DNA from: Myxococcota bacterium
GTDB taxonomy: Bacteria; Myxococcota_A; UBA9160; UBA6930
Direction: 5' to 3'
Assembly: GCA_965223415.1 (NCBI GenBank)
Contig: OZ245002.1
Location: 5,696,001-5,760,000 of the forward strand
DNA: 64,000 nucleotides
The notes beneath the pieces are model-generated. The model had not been told where the DNA came from. It made no database searches and worked only from the letters and a program-made list of their open reading frames with translations. The position numbers and the translations under genes are program-made. Positions 1 to 9,406 of the stretch are shown here, one piece after another. How positions within the stretch are numbered: the stretch's first letter is position 1; each line of letters opens with the position of its first letter.

Positions 1-1120
1 GCCGTCCCTGATCGTCGACGGCGAGGAGGCGCTCGCGTCCCTCGGCGGCGGCCCCCCCGACGAAGAGGTGGTCGCCCGCGGGCCCGATGACGTCGCGGCG
101 ATGCTCTACACCTCGGGCACCACCGGCCGGCCCAAGGGCGCCATGCTCACCCACCGCAACCTGGCGTCGAACGCGCTGACGCTGAACCGGCTGTGGGGCT
201 TTCGGCGGGAAGACGTGCTGCTGCACGCCCTCCCCGTCTTCCACGTGCACGGCCTGTTCGTAGCGCTCCACTGCGCGATGCTGTCGGGGGCAGAGGTCCT
301 CTTCCTGCCGCGCTTCGACGTCGGCGCGGTGCGCCGCGCCTTGCCGGAGGCAACGGTGATGATGGGGGTACCGACCTTCTACAGCCGCCTGCTGGCGGAT
401 CCTGACTTCGGCCGGCCGGACTGCGAACGCATGCGCCTGTTCGTCTCCGGCTCGGCGCCGCTCTCGGAGACGGTCTTCCGGGCCTTCACCGAGCGCACCG
501 GCTTCGTCATCCTCGAGCGCTATGGGATGACCGAGGCGGGCATGATCACGTCGAACCCCCTCGACGGGGAACGCACGGAGGGCACCGTGGGCTTCGCGCT
601 CCCCGGCGTGGACGTTCGCGTCGTCGACGAGGCGGGCGCGGCCCTGGGGCCGGATCAGGTCGGCGCAGTCGAAGCCCGCGGCCCGAACCTCTTCGCCGGC
701 TACTGGGGCCTCCCGGACAAGACCGCCGCCGAGCTCCGGGACGACGGCTACTTCCGGACCGGCGACGTGGGCAGCCTCGACGCGGAGGGGCGTCTACGGC
801 TCGCGGGCCGGGCCAGCGACATGATCATCTCCGGGGGGCTGAACGTGTATCCGAAAGAGATCGAGCTGTGCCTGGACGAGGCCCCGGGCATCGAGGAGTC
901 GGCGGTGGTCGGGCTCCCGGACCCGGATCTCGGCGAGCAGGTCGTGGCGTTCGTCGTCGCGTCCACGGGCGCGACGGTCGCGGAGGCGGACGTGAAGCGC
1001 GCCGTGGAGGGGAGGCTGGCGCGCTTCAAGCACCCGAAGCGGGTCTTCGTCGTCGACGCCCTGCCCCGCAATGCGATGGGCAAGGTCCAGAAGGCGGAGC
1101 TCCGATCTAGCGGCCGGTGA
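1..1120 (+). CDS. Acyl-CoA synthetase, MatB/malonyl-CoA synthetase-like (5' partial, starts upstream of window)
   Basis: Frame open from position 2; AMP-binding motifs YTSGTTGRPKG, ERYGMTE, FRTGD, PRNAMGKVQK. Confidence 0.85.
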   Translation, partial: PSLIVDGEEALASLGGGPPDEEVVARGPDDVAAMLYTSGTTGRPKGAMLTHRNLASNALTLNRLWGFRREDVLLHALPVFHVHGLFVALHCAMLSGAEVLFLPRFDVGAVRRALPEATVMMGVPTFYSRLLADPDFGRPDCERMRLFVSGSAPLSETVFRAFTERTGFVILERYGMTEAGMITSNPLDGERTEGTVGFALPGVDVRVVDEAGAALGPDQVGAVEARGPNLFAGYWGLPDKTAAELRDDGYFRTGDVGSLDAEGRLRLAGRASDMIISGGLNVYPKEIELCLDEAPGIEESAVVGLPDPDLGEQVVAFVVASTGATVAEADVKRAVEGRLARFKHPKRVFVVDALPRNAMGKVQKAELRSSGR

Positions 1121-1913
1121 AGACCGGCGTCCGCTTCTCCTTGAAGGCCCGCGGGCCCTCCCGCGCGTCCTGGCTGGCCATCACCTTGCCGGCCTCCCGC
1201 ATCTCTACGCCGAAGGCGTCGTCCCAGGGAAGGGTGTGGGACTCGAGGGCGGTCTGCTTGATCGCGCGCAGGGCGAGGGGCGCGTTGCCGGCGATGACCT
1301 GGGCCACCTCCTCCGCCCGCTCCCGGAGGCGACCTGCGGGAACCACCTCGCTGACGAGGCCCATCGCCAGGGCCTCCCGGGCCGAGACGGGCTGGGCGGT
1401 GAGCATCAGCTTCATGGCGTGGGCATAGGGGATCTGGCGGGCGAGCCGGACCATGGTGCCGGCGCCGGGCACCACCCCCGAGCGCGGCTCCGGCACGCCG
1501 AAGCTGGCGTGCTCGGCGGCGATGCGGACGTCGGTGGCGAGGGTGATCTCGCAGCCGCCGCCGAGGGCGCGCCCGTTGATGGCGCCGACCACGGGCTTGG
1601 GGAAGATCGCGTCCTTCAGCATGACGCGGCCCACGATCCCCGCGTCCTGCTGGATGCGGCGCTCGGTCTCGTTCTGGGGCTCGCGGGCGCCGGTCCAGAG
1701 GGGAATCACCGCACCGAGGTCGCCGCCGCAGCAGAAGTCCTCGTCGCCGGCGGCGGTCAGCACCGCCACGCGCACCTCGTCGTCCTCCCGCACCGCCGTC
1801 CAGGCGTCGAGGAGGCCGATGAACATGTCGCCGTTCAGCAGGTTCTTCGCCTCTGGCCGGTTCATCGTCACCCAGGCCACGTGACCGCGCTTCTCGTACA
1901 GGACCGCCGGCAT
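1107..1913 (-). CDS. Enoyl-CoA hydratase/isomerase (crotonase) family protein
   Basis: ATG at 1913 after AGGAGG; motifs FCCGGDL, INGRALGGGCE, FGVPEPRSG. Confidence 0.9.
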   Translation of the reverse strand: MPAVLYEKRGHVAWVTMNRPEAKNLLNGDMFIGLLDAWTAVREDDEVRVAVLTAAGDEDFCCGGDLGAVIPLWTGAREPQNETERRIQQDAGIVGRVMLKDAIFPKPVVGAINGRALGGGCEITLATDVRIAAEHASFGVPEPRSGVVPGAGTMVRLARQIPYAHAMKLMLTAQPVSAREALAMGLVSEVVPAGRLRERAEEVAQVIAGNAPLALRAIKQTALESHTLPWDDAFGVEMREAGKVMASQDAREGPRAFKEKRTPVFTGR

Positions 1914-1956
1914 CCGGACACCTCCTCTTGAGGGAGGGGATGGTATCGTCTGGGGC

Positions 1957-2373
1957 ATGCCGATCGACAAGGGTGTCCAGGAGCTGATCGCGGAGGCCAA
2001 CGCACGGATCGAGACCATCGCACCGGAAGACGCCAAGCTGCTCCTCGGCGACGAGCGGGTGCAGCTCGTCGACCTGCGCGACATCCGCGAGCGCCAACGG
2101 GACGGCTTCATCCCCGGCGCCTACCACGCGCCGCGCGGCATGCTCGAGTTCTGGGTCGACCCGGAGAGCCCGTACCACAAGAAGGTCTTCGACGAGCCGA
2201 AGAAGTTCGTCTTCTACTGCGCCAGCGGTTGGCGCTCGGCCTTGGCCACCCGCGCCGTGCAGGAGATGGGCCTCTCCCCGGTCGCCCATGTGGGCGGCGG
2301 GTTCAGCGGCTGGGTCGAGGTGGGCGGCGAGGTGATGAAGACCGAGGACGGGCGGGAGCCGCGCAGGCCCTAG
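1957..2373 (+). CDS. Rhodanese-like domain protein
   Basis: LVDLRD...G.IPGA...FYCASGWRS active-site loop. Confidence 0.9.
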   Translation: MPIDKGVQELIAEANARIETIAPEDAKLLLGDERVQLVDLRDIRERQRDGFIPGAYHAPRGMLEFWVDPESPYHKKVFDEPKKFVFYCASGWRSALATRAVQEMGLSPVAHVGGGFSGWVEVGGEVMKTEDGREPRRP

Positions 2374-2708
2374 AGGACGTCGGCGAAGACGTCCTCGTTG
2401 AAGCCCACCAGCACGGTCTTGCCCTTGCGGAGGGTCGGCGCCCGCAGGTTGCCCGTGGGCCCGAGCATGGCATCCACGCAGGCCTTCGGCGCCTTACCGC
2501 CGGTCTGGAAGGTCTCGACCTTCTTCCCCTTGGCGACGATCACCTTGCTCGCTCCCTTGGCCAGGGCGGTCGCGTCCTTCCGCGACAGCTTCCGCGAAGC
2601 CGGGACCGTCTCACGAACCTCGATGCCCTCCGCGTCCAGGAACTTGGACGCCCGCGTGCACGAAGTTCAGCCCTTCCGGTGGTAGTACCAGTCGATGCGC
2701 TTGGCCAT
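2370..2708 (-). CDS. ArsC/Spx-like thioredoxin-fold selenoprotein, 112 aa, Sec at codon 14 (UxxC)
   Basis: MAKRIDWYYHRKG-TGA-TSCTRASKFL...GPTGNLRAPTLRKGKTVLVGFNEDVFADVL-TAG; frame stays open 98 codons after the TGA at 2667-2669; hairpin just downstream. Confidence 0.85.
2632..2651 (-). promoter_or_regulatory. Putative bacterial SECIS hairpin
   Basis: GCGTCCA-AGTTCC-TGGACGC: 7-bp stem starting 15 nt after the UGA, with a G in the first two loop positions. Confidence 0.7.
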
Positions 2709-2748
2709 GCCGAGGATGTAGCCCTGCCGACCCCAGGAACGCAAGATC

Positions 2749-2806
2749 GGGGACGTTCCTTGCATCTTGCACTCTTCCCGAAGTGCAAGATGCAAGGAAC
2801 GTCCCC
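2749..2806. repeat. REPIN-like palindrome, GGGGACGTTCCT family (GCAAG subtype)
   Basis: 25-bp arms GGGGACGTTCCTTGCATCTTGCACT / AGTGCAAGATGCAAGGAACGTCCCC, 8-nt loop. Confidence 0.85.
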
Positions 2807-2818
2807 ATTCCGCGCTCT

Positions 2819-3310
2819 CTAGCGGGGGGCGGCGAGGAGCTGGGGCTGGCCGGCGACGTCGGTCACGCGGCCGAGGAAGACGCCGGCGGCGTCGTAGGCC
2901 AGGACGCCGTCGCGGGCCTGGACCAGGCGCAGGCGGTGAAGCTCGCCGGCCGCGTCGCGGAGCTCGAGGCCGAGGACGCCGGGCTCGAGGACGGTGACGC
3001 GCAGCTCCTCTCCGGCGGGGCCGGTGGCGACGTGGGTCGTGCCGGGCACCATGGCGAAGGGATTGCGCCCGCCCCAGAACTCGATCGCGTTGCCGAAGAG
3101 CCCGTCGACCACGAGGCCGGCCGCGTACACCGGGAAGAGGGCCATGCCGGCGAACACGGCCCATCGCACCCAGCGGTCTGCGCTCACCTCGCGGTTGAAC
3201 TGGTAGAGCTTTCGCGTGAGCTGGAAGCTCCCGAAGCACGCCATCGAGCTGAGCGGAACGAAGGTCATGAGGACGGCACTGGCCAGCGCCTTCCGGGTCC
3301 GTTGGTTCAT
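2819..3310 (-). CDS. DUF3332-like exported/lipoprotein
   Basis: CFGSFQLTRKLYQFN...PVY...D.L.GNAIEFWGG.NP pattern. Confidence 0.7.
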   Translation of the reverse strand: MNQRTRKALASAVLMTFVPLSSMACFGSFQLTRKLYQFNREVSADRWVRWAVFAGMALFPVYAAGLVVDGLFGNAIEFWGGRNPFAMVPGTTHVATGPAGEELRVTVLEPGVLGLELRDAAGELHRLRLVQARDGVLAYDAAGVFLGRVTDVAGQPQLLAAPR

Positions 3311-3394
3311 GGGTCACCCTCCCTGGCAGGGGAGCGTATCACCCCGGTCGGCGCGGGGAACGCGTTAACGTCCTTCGAAGAGAGGAAGAGCGCC

Positions 3395-5239
3395 ATGAAG
3401 GCCGCGCGCGTGCTCGCCGTCACACTCGTACTCGCTACGCCTGCGGGCGCCGCTGACCTCGAGACCTTCCTCGACGGCCTCGTCCCGGGACTGCTGAAGG
3501 CCCACCAGGCCCCGGGCGCCGTGATCGCGGTGGTCGAGGGCGAGAAGATCCGCCTCGCCAAGGGCTGGGGCCTGGCCCAGATCGAGGCGATGCGACCCAT
3601 GACGCCGACGACCCGCGTGCGCGTCGCGTCGATCTCCAAGCTCTTCACGGCCACGGCCGCGCTCCAGCTGGTCGAGCGGGGCAAGCTCGAGCTGCACACC
3701 GACGTCCACGAGCTGCTCGACTTCGATCTCGGCTCCCCCTACGACGCACCCATCACCCTCCACCACCTGCTCACCCACACCGCAGGCTTCGACGACCGCT
3801 TCCTCGGCACCGCCGTGCCCCACGGCCAGCCCGTCATGCCCCTCGGCGACTACCTGCGAGCCCACATGCCGCCGGTCGTGATGCGCCCGGGCCACACGCT
3901 CAGCTACTCGAACCACGGCCTCGCCCTGGTCGCGCGCCTGGTCGAGCTGGCATCGGGCGAGCCCTTCGAGGCCTACGTGTCCGAGCACGTGCTCCGCCCC
4001 CTCGGAATGCACGCCAGCAGCTTCGGCGTGCCGCATCCGGTGCGCGACGACCAGGCCCTACCCTACCGGTGGGCGGGCGGACGCTTCGAGCCGCTGTGGA
4101 TCGACCGCCTGAACGACGGGCCCGCCGGCGACCTGAACACCACCGCCCGCGATATCGCGAACTTCGCGATCGCCCACCTGAACGACGGGCGCTTCGGCGA
4201 GTCGCACCTGCTCGCGCCGGAGACCGTCGCCCTCATGCAGCGCCGCCAGTTCGGCCACGATCCCCGGCTGCCCGGCTGGGCCTACGGCTGGTCGGAGGTC
4301 CCCCTCGCGGGCCGGCGCGGCATCGGTCACGGCGGCTGGGTGCTGGGCTTCCACAGCCGCCTGTGGCTGCTGCCGGAGCAGCGCCGCGCGGTCTTCGTTT
4401 CGGTGAACGCCGAGCTCTCGGGAGCGTTCTTCGAGGACCTGATGGGCGCGTGGATGGAGTGGGAAGGCGCCCCGCCGTCGACCGAGGCGGAGCCGCGGCC
4501 CGAGCTCGCCTCCGCCGGCGACGCCTGGGTAGGCGCCTATCTCCCCAATCGGCGTGCGCGCAGGACGTTCATGCGGACCCTCGGCCTCGGGCAGTACGTC
4601 CGCGTGGCACCGGAGAGCGAGGGCGTGCTGCAGATCTCGGGTCCACTCGCTCCCACGCGACGGCTCGTCCTCGAGGCCCCAGACCTGGCGCGCATCGAGG
4701 GCACCGACCGCCGCGCCGTCCTCCGCGAGCACCCCGAGGACGGCCGCCCCCAGCTCGTCCTGGGCGCCAGCGCCTACGATCGCGCCCGCGCCCTCGAGGA
4801 CCCGCGCCTGCACATCGCCGTCTGGGCGACCGCCGTCCTCTTCGGCGTGGCCACCCTGGTCGGCTGGCTGCTCGGCAGCCTCGCGCGGCGCGCTTTCGGC
4901 GCGGCCCCGAGCCCCCTCACCCGCAGCGCACGGCTTGGCGGCGCCGCCGCGGCGGCCCTGCTCGTGGCGATTCCGGTCGGCCTGCTCACCTACGCCCACG
5001 ACGTACCGACGGTCTTCGCCCTCTGGATGGGCGTGCCCGCCGGCCTCCGGCTGGTGCTCTGGCTGCCCCTCGCCCTCGCCGTCCTGTGCGTCCTGCTGCC
5101 CGTGTGGCTCCGGCGCGGCCTGCGCCCGGGCCCGCCGGCCGCGCTTCCGCGCCTCCACTATGGCCTGCTCGTAGCGCTCGGCTGGGCGCTCTTCGCGAGC
5201 GCCTGGCTGCATCGCCTGCGCGGCCCCTGGTCGGGGTAG
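3395..5239 (+). CDS. Serine hydrolase (beta-lactamase class C/PBP-like) with signal peptide and C-terminal TM helices
   Basis: ASISK (SxxK), LLTHTAG, YSN, HGG; ATG 3395 after a purine-rich RBS. Confidence 0.85.
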   Translation: MKAARVLAVTLVLATPAGAADLETFLDGLVPGLLKAHQAPGAVIAVVEGEKIRLAKGWGLAQIEAMRPMTPTTRVRVASISKLFTATAALQLVERGKLELHTDVHELLDFDLGSPYDAPITLHHLLTHTAGFDDRFLGTAVPHGQPVMPLGDYLRAHMPPVVMRPGHTLSYSNHGLALVARLVELASGEPFEAYVSEHVLRPLGMHASSFGVPHPVRDDQALPYRWAGGRFEPLWIDRLNDGPAGDLNTTARDIANFAIAHLNDGRFGESHLLAPETVALMQRRQFGHDPRLPGWAYGWSEVPLAGRRGIGHGGWVLGFHSRLWLLPEQRRAVFVSVNAELSGAFFEDLMGAWMEWEGAPPSTEAEPRPELASAGDAWVGAYLPNRRARRTFMRTLGLGQYVRVAPESEGVLQISGPLAPTRRLVLEAPDLARIEGTDRRAVLREHPEDGRPQLVLGASAYDRARALEDPRLHIAVWATAVLFGVATLVGWLLGSLARRAFGAAPSPLTRSARLGGAAAAALLVAIPVGLLTYAHDVPTVFALWMGVPAGLRLVLWLPLALAVLCVLLPVWLRRGLRPGPPAALPRLHYGLLVALGWALFASAWLHRLRGPWSG

Positions 5240-5248
5240 CATCGCCGC

Positions 5249-5944
5249 ATGGAGAGCCTGGAGACGATCCACGCCCGCGCGGCGAAGCGACACGGCGGCC
5301 CCAGGGCTCTCGAGGCCCGGCTCCCGAAGCCGAAGAGCCGGGCCGCGCTGCGTCGGGTGCAGGACGACCGGCTCCTCGCCGAGCTGACGAAGAGCGTCTT
5401 CCAGGCCGGCTTCGTCTGGAAGGTGATCGAGGCCAAGTGGCCCGGCTTCGAGGAGGCCTTCCGCGGCTTCGAGCCGAAGAAGGTGGCGCGCCTCTCCGAG
5501 GCCCAGCTCGCGAAGCTCCAGCGCGACGAGCGGATCGTCCGCAACCCGGTGAAGATCCGCGCCACGCGAGACAACGCGAGCTGGCTCGTCTCGCTGGCGA
5601 AGGAGCACGGCAGCGCGGCGCGCTGGCTGGCGGACTGGCCCGAGGACGACGTGATCGTCGGCCTGTGGGACGAGCTCAAGACCGGCGGCAGCCGTCTCGG
5701 CGGCTTCACCGGCCAGTTCTTCCTCCGTCACGTGGGCAAGGACACGCCGATGCTCACCGGCGACGTGCTCGCCGCCCTTCGACGCCATGGCGTCGTCACC
5801 TCGAAGTCGCCCACGTCGAAGAAGGCCCTCGCCGTCATCCAGGACGCCTTCAACACCTGGCGGGACGAGAGCGGACGCAGCTTGTGCGAGATCAGCCGCA
5901 TCCTCGCCTGCAGCGAAGGCGAGGTGCGGGACGGCCCGCACTGA
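5249..5944 (+). CDS. DNA-3-methyladenine glycosylase I (Tag-like) family protein
   Basis: FQAGFVWKVIEAKWPGFEEAF.GF.P..VA and IVRNPVKIRA. Confidence 0.8.
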   Translation: MESLETIHARAAKRHGGPRALEARLPKPKSRAALRRVQDDRLLAELTKSVFQAGFVWKVIEAKWPGFEEAFRGFEPKKVARLSEAQLAKLQRDERIVRNPVKIRATRDNASWLVSLAKEHGSAARWLADWPEDDVIVGLWDELKTGGSRLGGFTGQFFLRHVGKDTPMLTGDVLAALRRHGVVTSKSPTSKKALAVIQDAFNTWRDESGRSLCEISRILACSEGEVRDGPH

Positions 5945-5965
5945 GTCGGATCGGGGAGGCTCGAA

Positions 5966-6460
5966 GTGAAAGCGTTCGACCAGCTGCTCACCATGTCCGA
6001 GCTCGCGATCGGCCTGGCGGGATTCGCGGGCGTGGTGGTGGCCTTCGCACGCGGGGGGAAGCTCGCGACCATCGACCGTTGGCGCTTCGCCGGGCTGTTG
6101 TCTCTCGCGATGGGAGCCGCGGTCATGGCGTACGTCCCGCTGCTCCTCGACCTCACCGGGGTCTCGGGCCCGGCACTCTGGCGAGCATCGAGCGGCGTCT
6201 TCCTCGGAATCGGGGTGCTGTTCATCGCCATCTTCCCTTCCCGTGCCATCCGAGCGCTGCGGGAGGCGGACGCCCCGCTTCCTTGGGGCTTCCTCCTTCC
6301 GACCTTCGGGCTCTCCGCGGCGAATCTGTTGCTCCAGCTCCTGAACGCCCTGGGCTGGCCGTTCAATCCGGGTCCCCTGCTCTTCGTAGCCGGCATCCTC
6401 ACCTGGCTCGTCGTCGTCGCGCTCTTCTTCGGCATTCTCGTTCTCGGGCGCCCGGACTAG
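5966..6460 (+). CDS. Hypothetical integral membrane protein
   Basis: GGAGG RBS, GTG start, about 5 hydrophobic segments; ELAIGLAGFAGVV N-terminus. Confidence 0.65.
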   Translation: MKAFDQLLTMSELAIGLAGFAGVVVAFARGGKLATIDRWRFAGLLSLAMGAAVMAYVPLLLDLTGVSGPALWRASSGVFLGIGVLFIAIFPSRAIRALREADAPLPWGFLLPTFGLSAANLLLQLLNALGWPFNPGPLLFVAGILTWLVVVALFFGILVLGRPD

Positions 6461-6478
6461 GGCGGGGGCGGATCGAGG

Positions 6479-7240
6479 ATGGACGAGGACGTCTTCCGGA
6501 TCCTGTTCGAGGCCCAGTCGAAGAGCCCGAGCCTCCGGGACGCGTGGCGCGAGGCCTACGCCGACGACTTCCCGGAGGACGCGGATCCGCTGAGCTTCGT
6601 GACGAGGAGCGATCTCGCTCGCATCGCCGGCGCCTTGGAGCTGGGCACGGGCGACGAGCTGGTGGATCTGGGCTGCGGGGCGGGGGGCCCGGGCGCCCAT
6701 GTAGCGCGGACCACCAGAGCCCGGCTCACCGGGGTCGATCCCAATCGAGCCGCTCTGAAGATCGCGCGGGCCCGACACCTGGGCGAGCTCCCGAGTGGCT
6801 CCCGGTTCCAGCTCGGCGAGTTTGCCGCGACGAACCTGCCCCCCGCGTCCGTGCAAGGCGCGATGAGCACCGACGCCTTGCTCTTCGCCCCCGACCCGAC
6901 CGCCGCATTCCAGGAGGTAGCGCGCATCCTCGAGCCGGGCTGCCGCGTGGCGTTCACGAGCTTCGAGCTGCGCACGCGCAGCCAGACGCTCGACGCGGGC
7001 CCGCTTCCCGACTACCGCCCGTTTCTGGACAAGGCAGGGTTCCGCATCGAGGTGTACGAGGAGACCCGGGACTGGGAGCCTCGCATGCGGGCGGTCTTCT
7101 CGGGCATCCTCGCCCGGCGCGAGCCGCTGATGCGCGAGCTCGGCGAGCCCGCCGGCCCGTTCACGATGGCGTGGGCCACCCTTCGCCCGCCCGAGCTGTC
7201 GGACAGCCGGCGCATCCTCGCCATCGCCCAGTACGCGTGA
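6479..7240 (+). CDS. Class I SAM-dependent methyltransferase
   Basis: LVDLGCGAGG motif I; EVARILEPG. Confidence 0.85.
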   Translation: MDEDVFRILFEAQSKSPSLRDAWREAYADDFPEDADPLSFVTRSDLARIAGALELGTGDELVDLGCGAGGPGAHVARTTRARLTGVDPNRAALKIARARHLGELPSGSRFQLGEFAATNLPPASVQGAMSTDALLFAPDPTAAFQEVARILEPGCRVAFTSFELRTRSQTLDAGPLPDYRPFLDKAGFRIEVYEETRDWEPRMRAVFSGILARREPLMRELGEPAGPFTMAWATLRPPELSDSRRILAIAQYA

Positions 7241-7298
7241 GTCGGGCGATCCCAGACGAGACCTCCGGGAACGGCCAGGAGCCCGCGACCGAACCCTC

Positions 7299-7372
7299 TG
7301 GAGGCGCCGCCCGGATTCGAACCGGGGATCAGGGATTTGCAGTCCCGTGCCTTACCACTTGGCTACGGCGCC
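7299..7372 (-). tRNA. tRNA-Cys (anticodon GCA)
   Basis: GGCGCCGTAGCCAAGTGGTAAGGCACGGGACTGCAAATCCCTGATCCCCGGTTCGAATCCGGGCGGCGCCTCCA: acceptor stem, TTCGAA T-loop, encoded CCA. Confidence 0.97.
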
Positions 7373-7443
7373 CAGAGGACCAGGGTCCGGCAGCATAACC
7401 GACGGGTGGGGCCCGGTCGCGTGGGCTGATAGCGTCCACGGCC

Positions 7444-7809
7444 ATGCACTGGCTGGGCGTGTTCGTGCTCGGGGGCTGCGGCGCCGTGGCGCGGGTCTGG
7501 GCGGCGACCCTGGTGGACGGACGCTTCTTCCCCTGGGCGACGCTGGCGGTCAACCTGCTGGGCTGTCTGGCGATCGGCTTCGCGGCGGAGTGGTTCCAGA
7601 ATCGCACCCAGCTCGACCCGAGGCTGCGGGTGGCCCTCGTCGGCGGCTTCCTGGGCGGCTTCACCACCTTCTCCGCCTTCGGGCTGGAGTGCTGGGAGTT
7701 CCTGGTGAAGGGCGCCTGGGGACAGGCGGCCGCCTACGCGGGAGCCAGCGTCCTGCTCGGCGTGCTCGGCGTGGGCACCGGGGTGGGGCTCGGGCGGCTG
7801 CTGCTGTGA
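7444..7809 (+). CDS. crcB: Fluoride efflux channel CrcB/FluC
   Basis: GG.GA..R, FPWATLAVNLLG, GFLGGFTTFSAF signatures. Confidence 0.93.
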   Translation: MHWLGVFVLGGCGAVARVWAATLVDGRFFPWATLAVNLLGCLAIGFAAEWFQNRTQLDPRLRVALVGGFLGGFTTFSAFGLECWEFLVKGAWGQAAAYAGASVLLGVLGVGTGVGLGRLLL

Positions 7810-8076
7810 GGGGGCGCGCCGGACCCGAGGGGACGAACGGGGGCGACGCTCGTGGCGGGTCCACCCGAGCGCCACCCCCGCAGGAAAGCCGCACCCGAGG
7901 GCGCGGCATCCCCTTCCCAATGGGGGGAGGAGAGAGCAAGGTCCGTGCCCAGGACCCTCGAGGGCTCTCGGACGGCTCCTGAGGCCGTTCTGGCCCCATT
8001 CTGGGCCTCCAGCAGGCAACCTCTTTCTCCGATGAGAGAAGCGTCTTTCCCAACCCCCTACACTGGCGGCGACCCG

Positions 8077-9333
8077 ATGAGCTCCGAACTCGACCCCTTC
8101 GCCCCGGCCTGGCGAGATGACCCCTACCCCCTCTACCGGGAGCTGCGCGATCACGCGCCGGTCCACCACGTGGAGTCCCTCGACGCCTGGTGCGTGTCGC
8201 GCTTCGACGACGTCCAGCGGGTGCTGAAGGACCCGGAGCGCTTCTCCTCCCGGGCCATGTTCAGCCTGCTGATGAACAACGGCAGCGACGGCCTCGATCT
8301 CTCCTGGGGTGGCATCCGGCTCGCGCTGCGCATGCTGTTCAAGCTGCGCATGAGCCCCTGGGCCTTCGCCCGCTCGCGCATCCTGATCGCGTCGGACGGG
8401 GAGCGGCACAGCTCGATGCGAAGCATCGTGAACCGCGGCTTCACGCCGCGCCGGATCGCCGGCTGGGAGGCCCGCGTCCAGGAGCTGGTGGACGAGTGCC
8501 TGGCTCCGCTCCGCGCCGGGGAGCCCTTCGACGTCGTGCGCGACCTGGCCGTGCCGCTGCCGGTGACGATCATCGCGGAAGTCCTCGGCGTGGAGGAGGA
8601 GCGCCACGCAAGCTTCAAGCGCTGGAGCGATGCGGTGATCTACAACGTCACCGGACCGGGGCGCAGCGATCCCTTCAACCCGGGCTTCCTCGACACGATG
8701 GAGGAGTTCTTCACCTACTTCGACGAGGCGATCCAAGCCCGGCTCGACAAGCCGACCGACGACCTGATCGGGACGATCATCGCCTCCCAGCAGGACGAGG
8801 CCGATCCGCTCTCGCCCTTCGAGATGCTGCAGTTCGTGCTGCTGCTGCTGGTGGCCGGCAACGAGACCACGACGAACCTGATCGGCAACGGCGTGGCCGC
8901 GCTCCTCGCCCACCCGGAGGAGCTGCGACGCGCCGCCGAGGACCCGTCGCTGGCGGAGCGCGTCGTCGAGGAGACGGCCCGCTACGACCCGCCCGTGCAG
9001 CTCGTGTTCCGCAAGGCCACGGAGGCCGTCGAGATCGCGGGCGTGACCATCCCGGAGGGCGGAAACGTCGCCGCCCTCATCGGCTCGGCCAACCGCGACG
9101 AGCGGCGCTTCCCGGAGCCGGACCGCTTCGACCTCTCCCGCGACAGCCAGGGCCACCTGGCCTTCGGTCTCGGCAAGCACTTCTGCCTGGGCGCTTCCCT
9201 GGCCCGCCTCGAGGGCCGGATCGCCTTCCAGTCCCTGGCCCCGGAGCTGGCCCTGGTGGCCCCGCCCAAGCCCGCCGAGCGGATCGACTCCTTCCTCGTC
9301 CGTGGACCGGCCCGCCTGCCCCTGCGCCTCTGA
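8077..9333 (+). CDS. Cytochrome P450
   Basis: AGNETT I-helix, EETAR (ExxR), FGLGKHFCLG heme-binding Cys motif. Confidence 0.95.
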   Translation: MSSELDPFAPAWRDDPYPLYRELRDHAPVHHVESLDAWCVSRFDDVQRVLKDPERFSSRAMFSLLMNNGSDGLDLSWGGIRLALRMLFKLRMSPWAFARSRILIASDGERHSSMRSIVNRGFTPRRIAGWEARVQELVDECLAPLRAGEPFDVVRDLAVPLPVTIIAEVLGVEEERHASFKRWSDAVIYNVTGPGRSDPFNPGFLDTMEEFFTYFDEAIQARLDKPTDDLIGTIIASQQDEADPLSPFEMLQFVLLLLVAGNETTTNLIGNGVAALLAHPEELRRAAEDPSLAERVVEETARYDPPVQLVFRKATEAVEIAGVTIPEGGNVAALIGSANRDERRFPEPDRFDLSRDSQGHLAFGLGKHFCLGASLARLEGRIAFQSLAPELALVAPPKPAERIDSFLVRGPARLPLRL

Positions 9334-9406
9334 TGAGACAAGGGGACGTTCCTTTCTGTCTCACGCTCGGGCGTGAGACAGAAAGGAACGTCCCCCTGTC
9401 TCATCA
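9331..9406. repeat. REPIN-like palindrome, GGGGACGTTCCT family (TGAGACA subtype)
   Basis: 36-bp arms with one mismatch and a 4-nt loop; the ends are the TGA stops of both convergent genes. Confidence 0.9.

Noticed and set aside
5945..7298. Genomic island integrated at the tRNA-Cys 3' end
   Set aside because: No integrase and no duplicated tRNA 3' fragment seen; only a slight codon-usage impression.
4058..7398. Very long alternative-frame ORFs (e.g. 4069-7398, 18604-21981, 34830-38825, 34952-38992, 56857-59562)
   Set aside because: Shadow ORFs of a high-GC genome: Arg/Pro/Gly-rich or antisense to clearly identifiable genes, with no motifs of their own.
7373..7443. Fluoride riboswitch upstream of crcB
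   Set aside because: GCTGATAGCGTCCAC loosely resembles the 3' part, but the 5' GGNGATGG...CGCC helix is missing; better explained as a -10 element.
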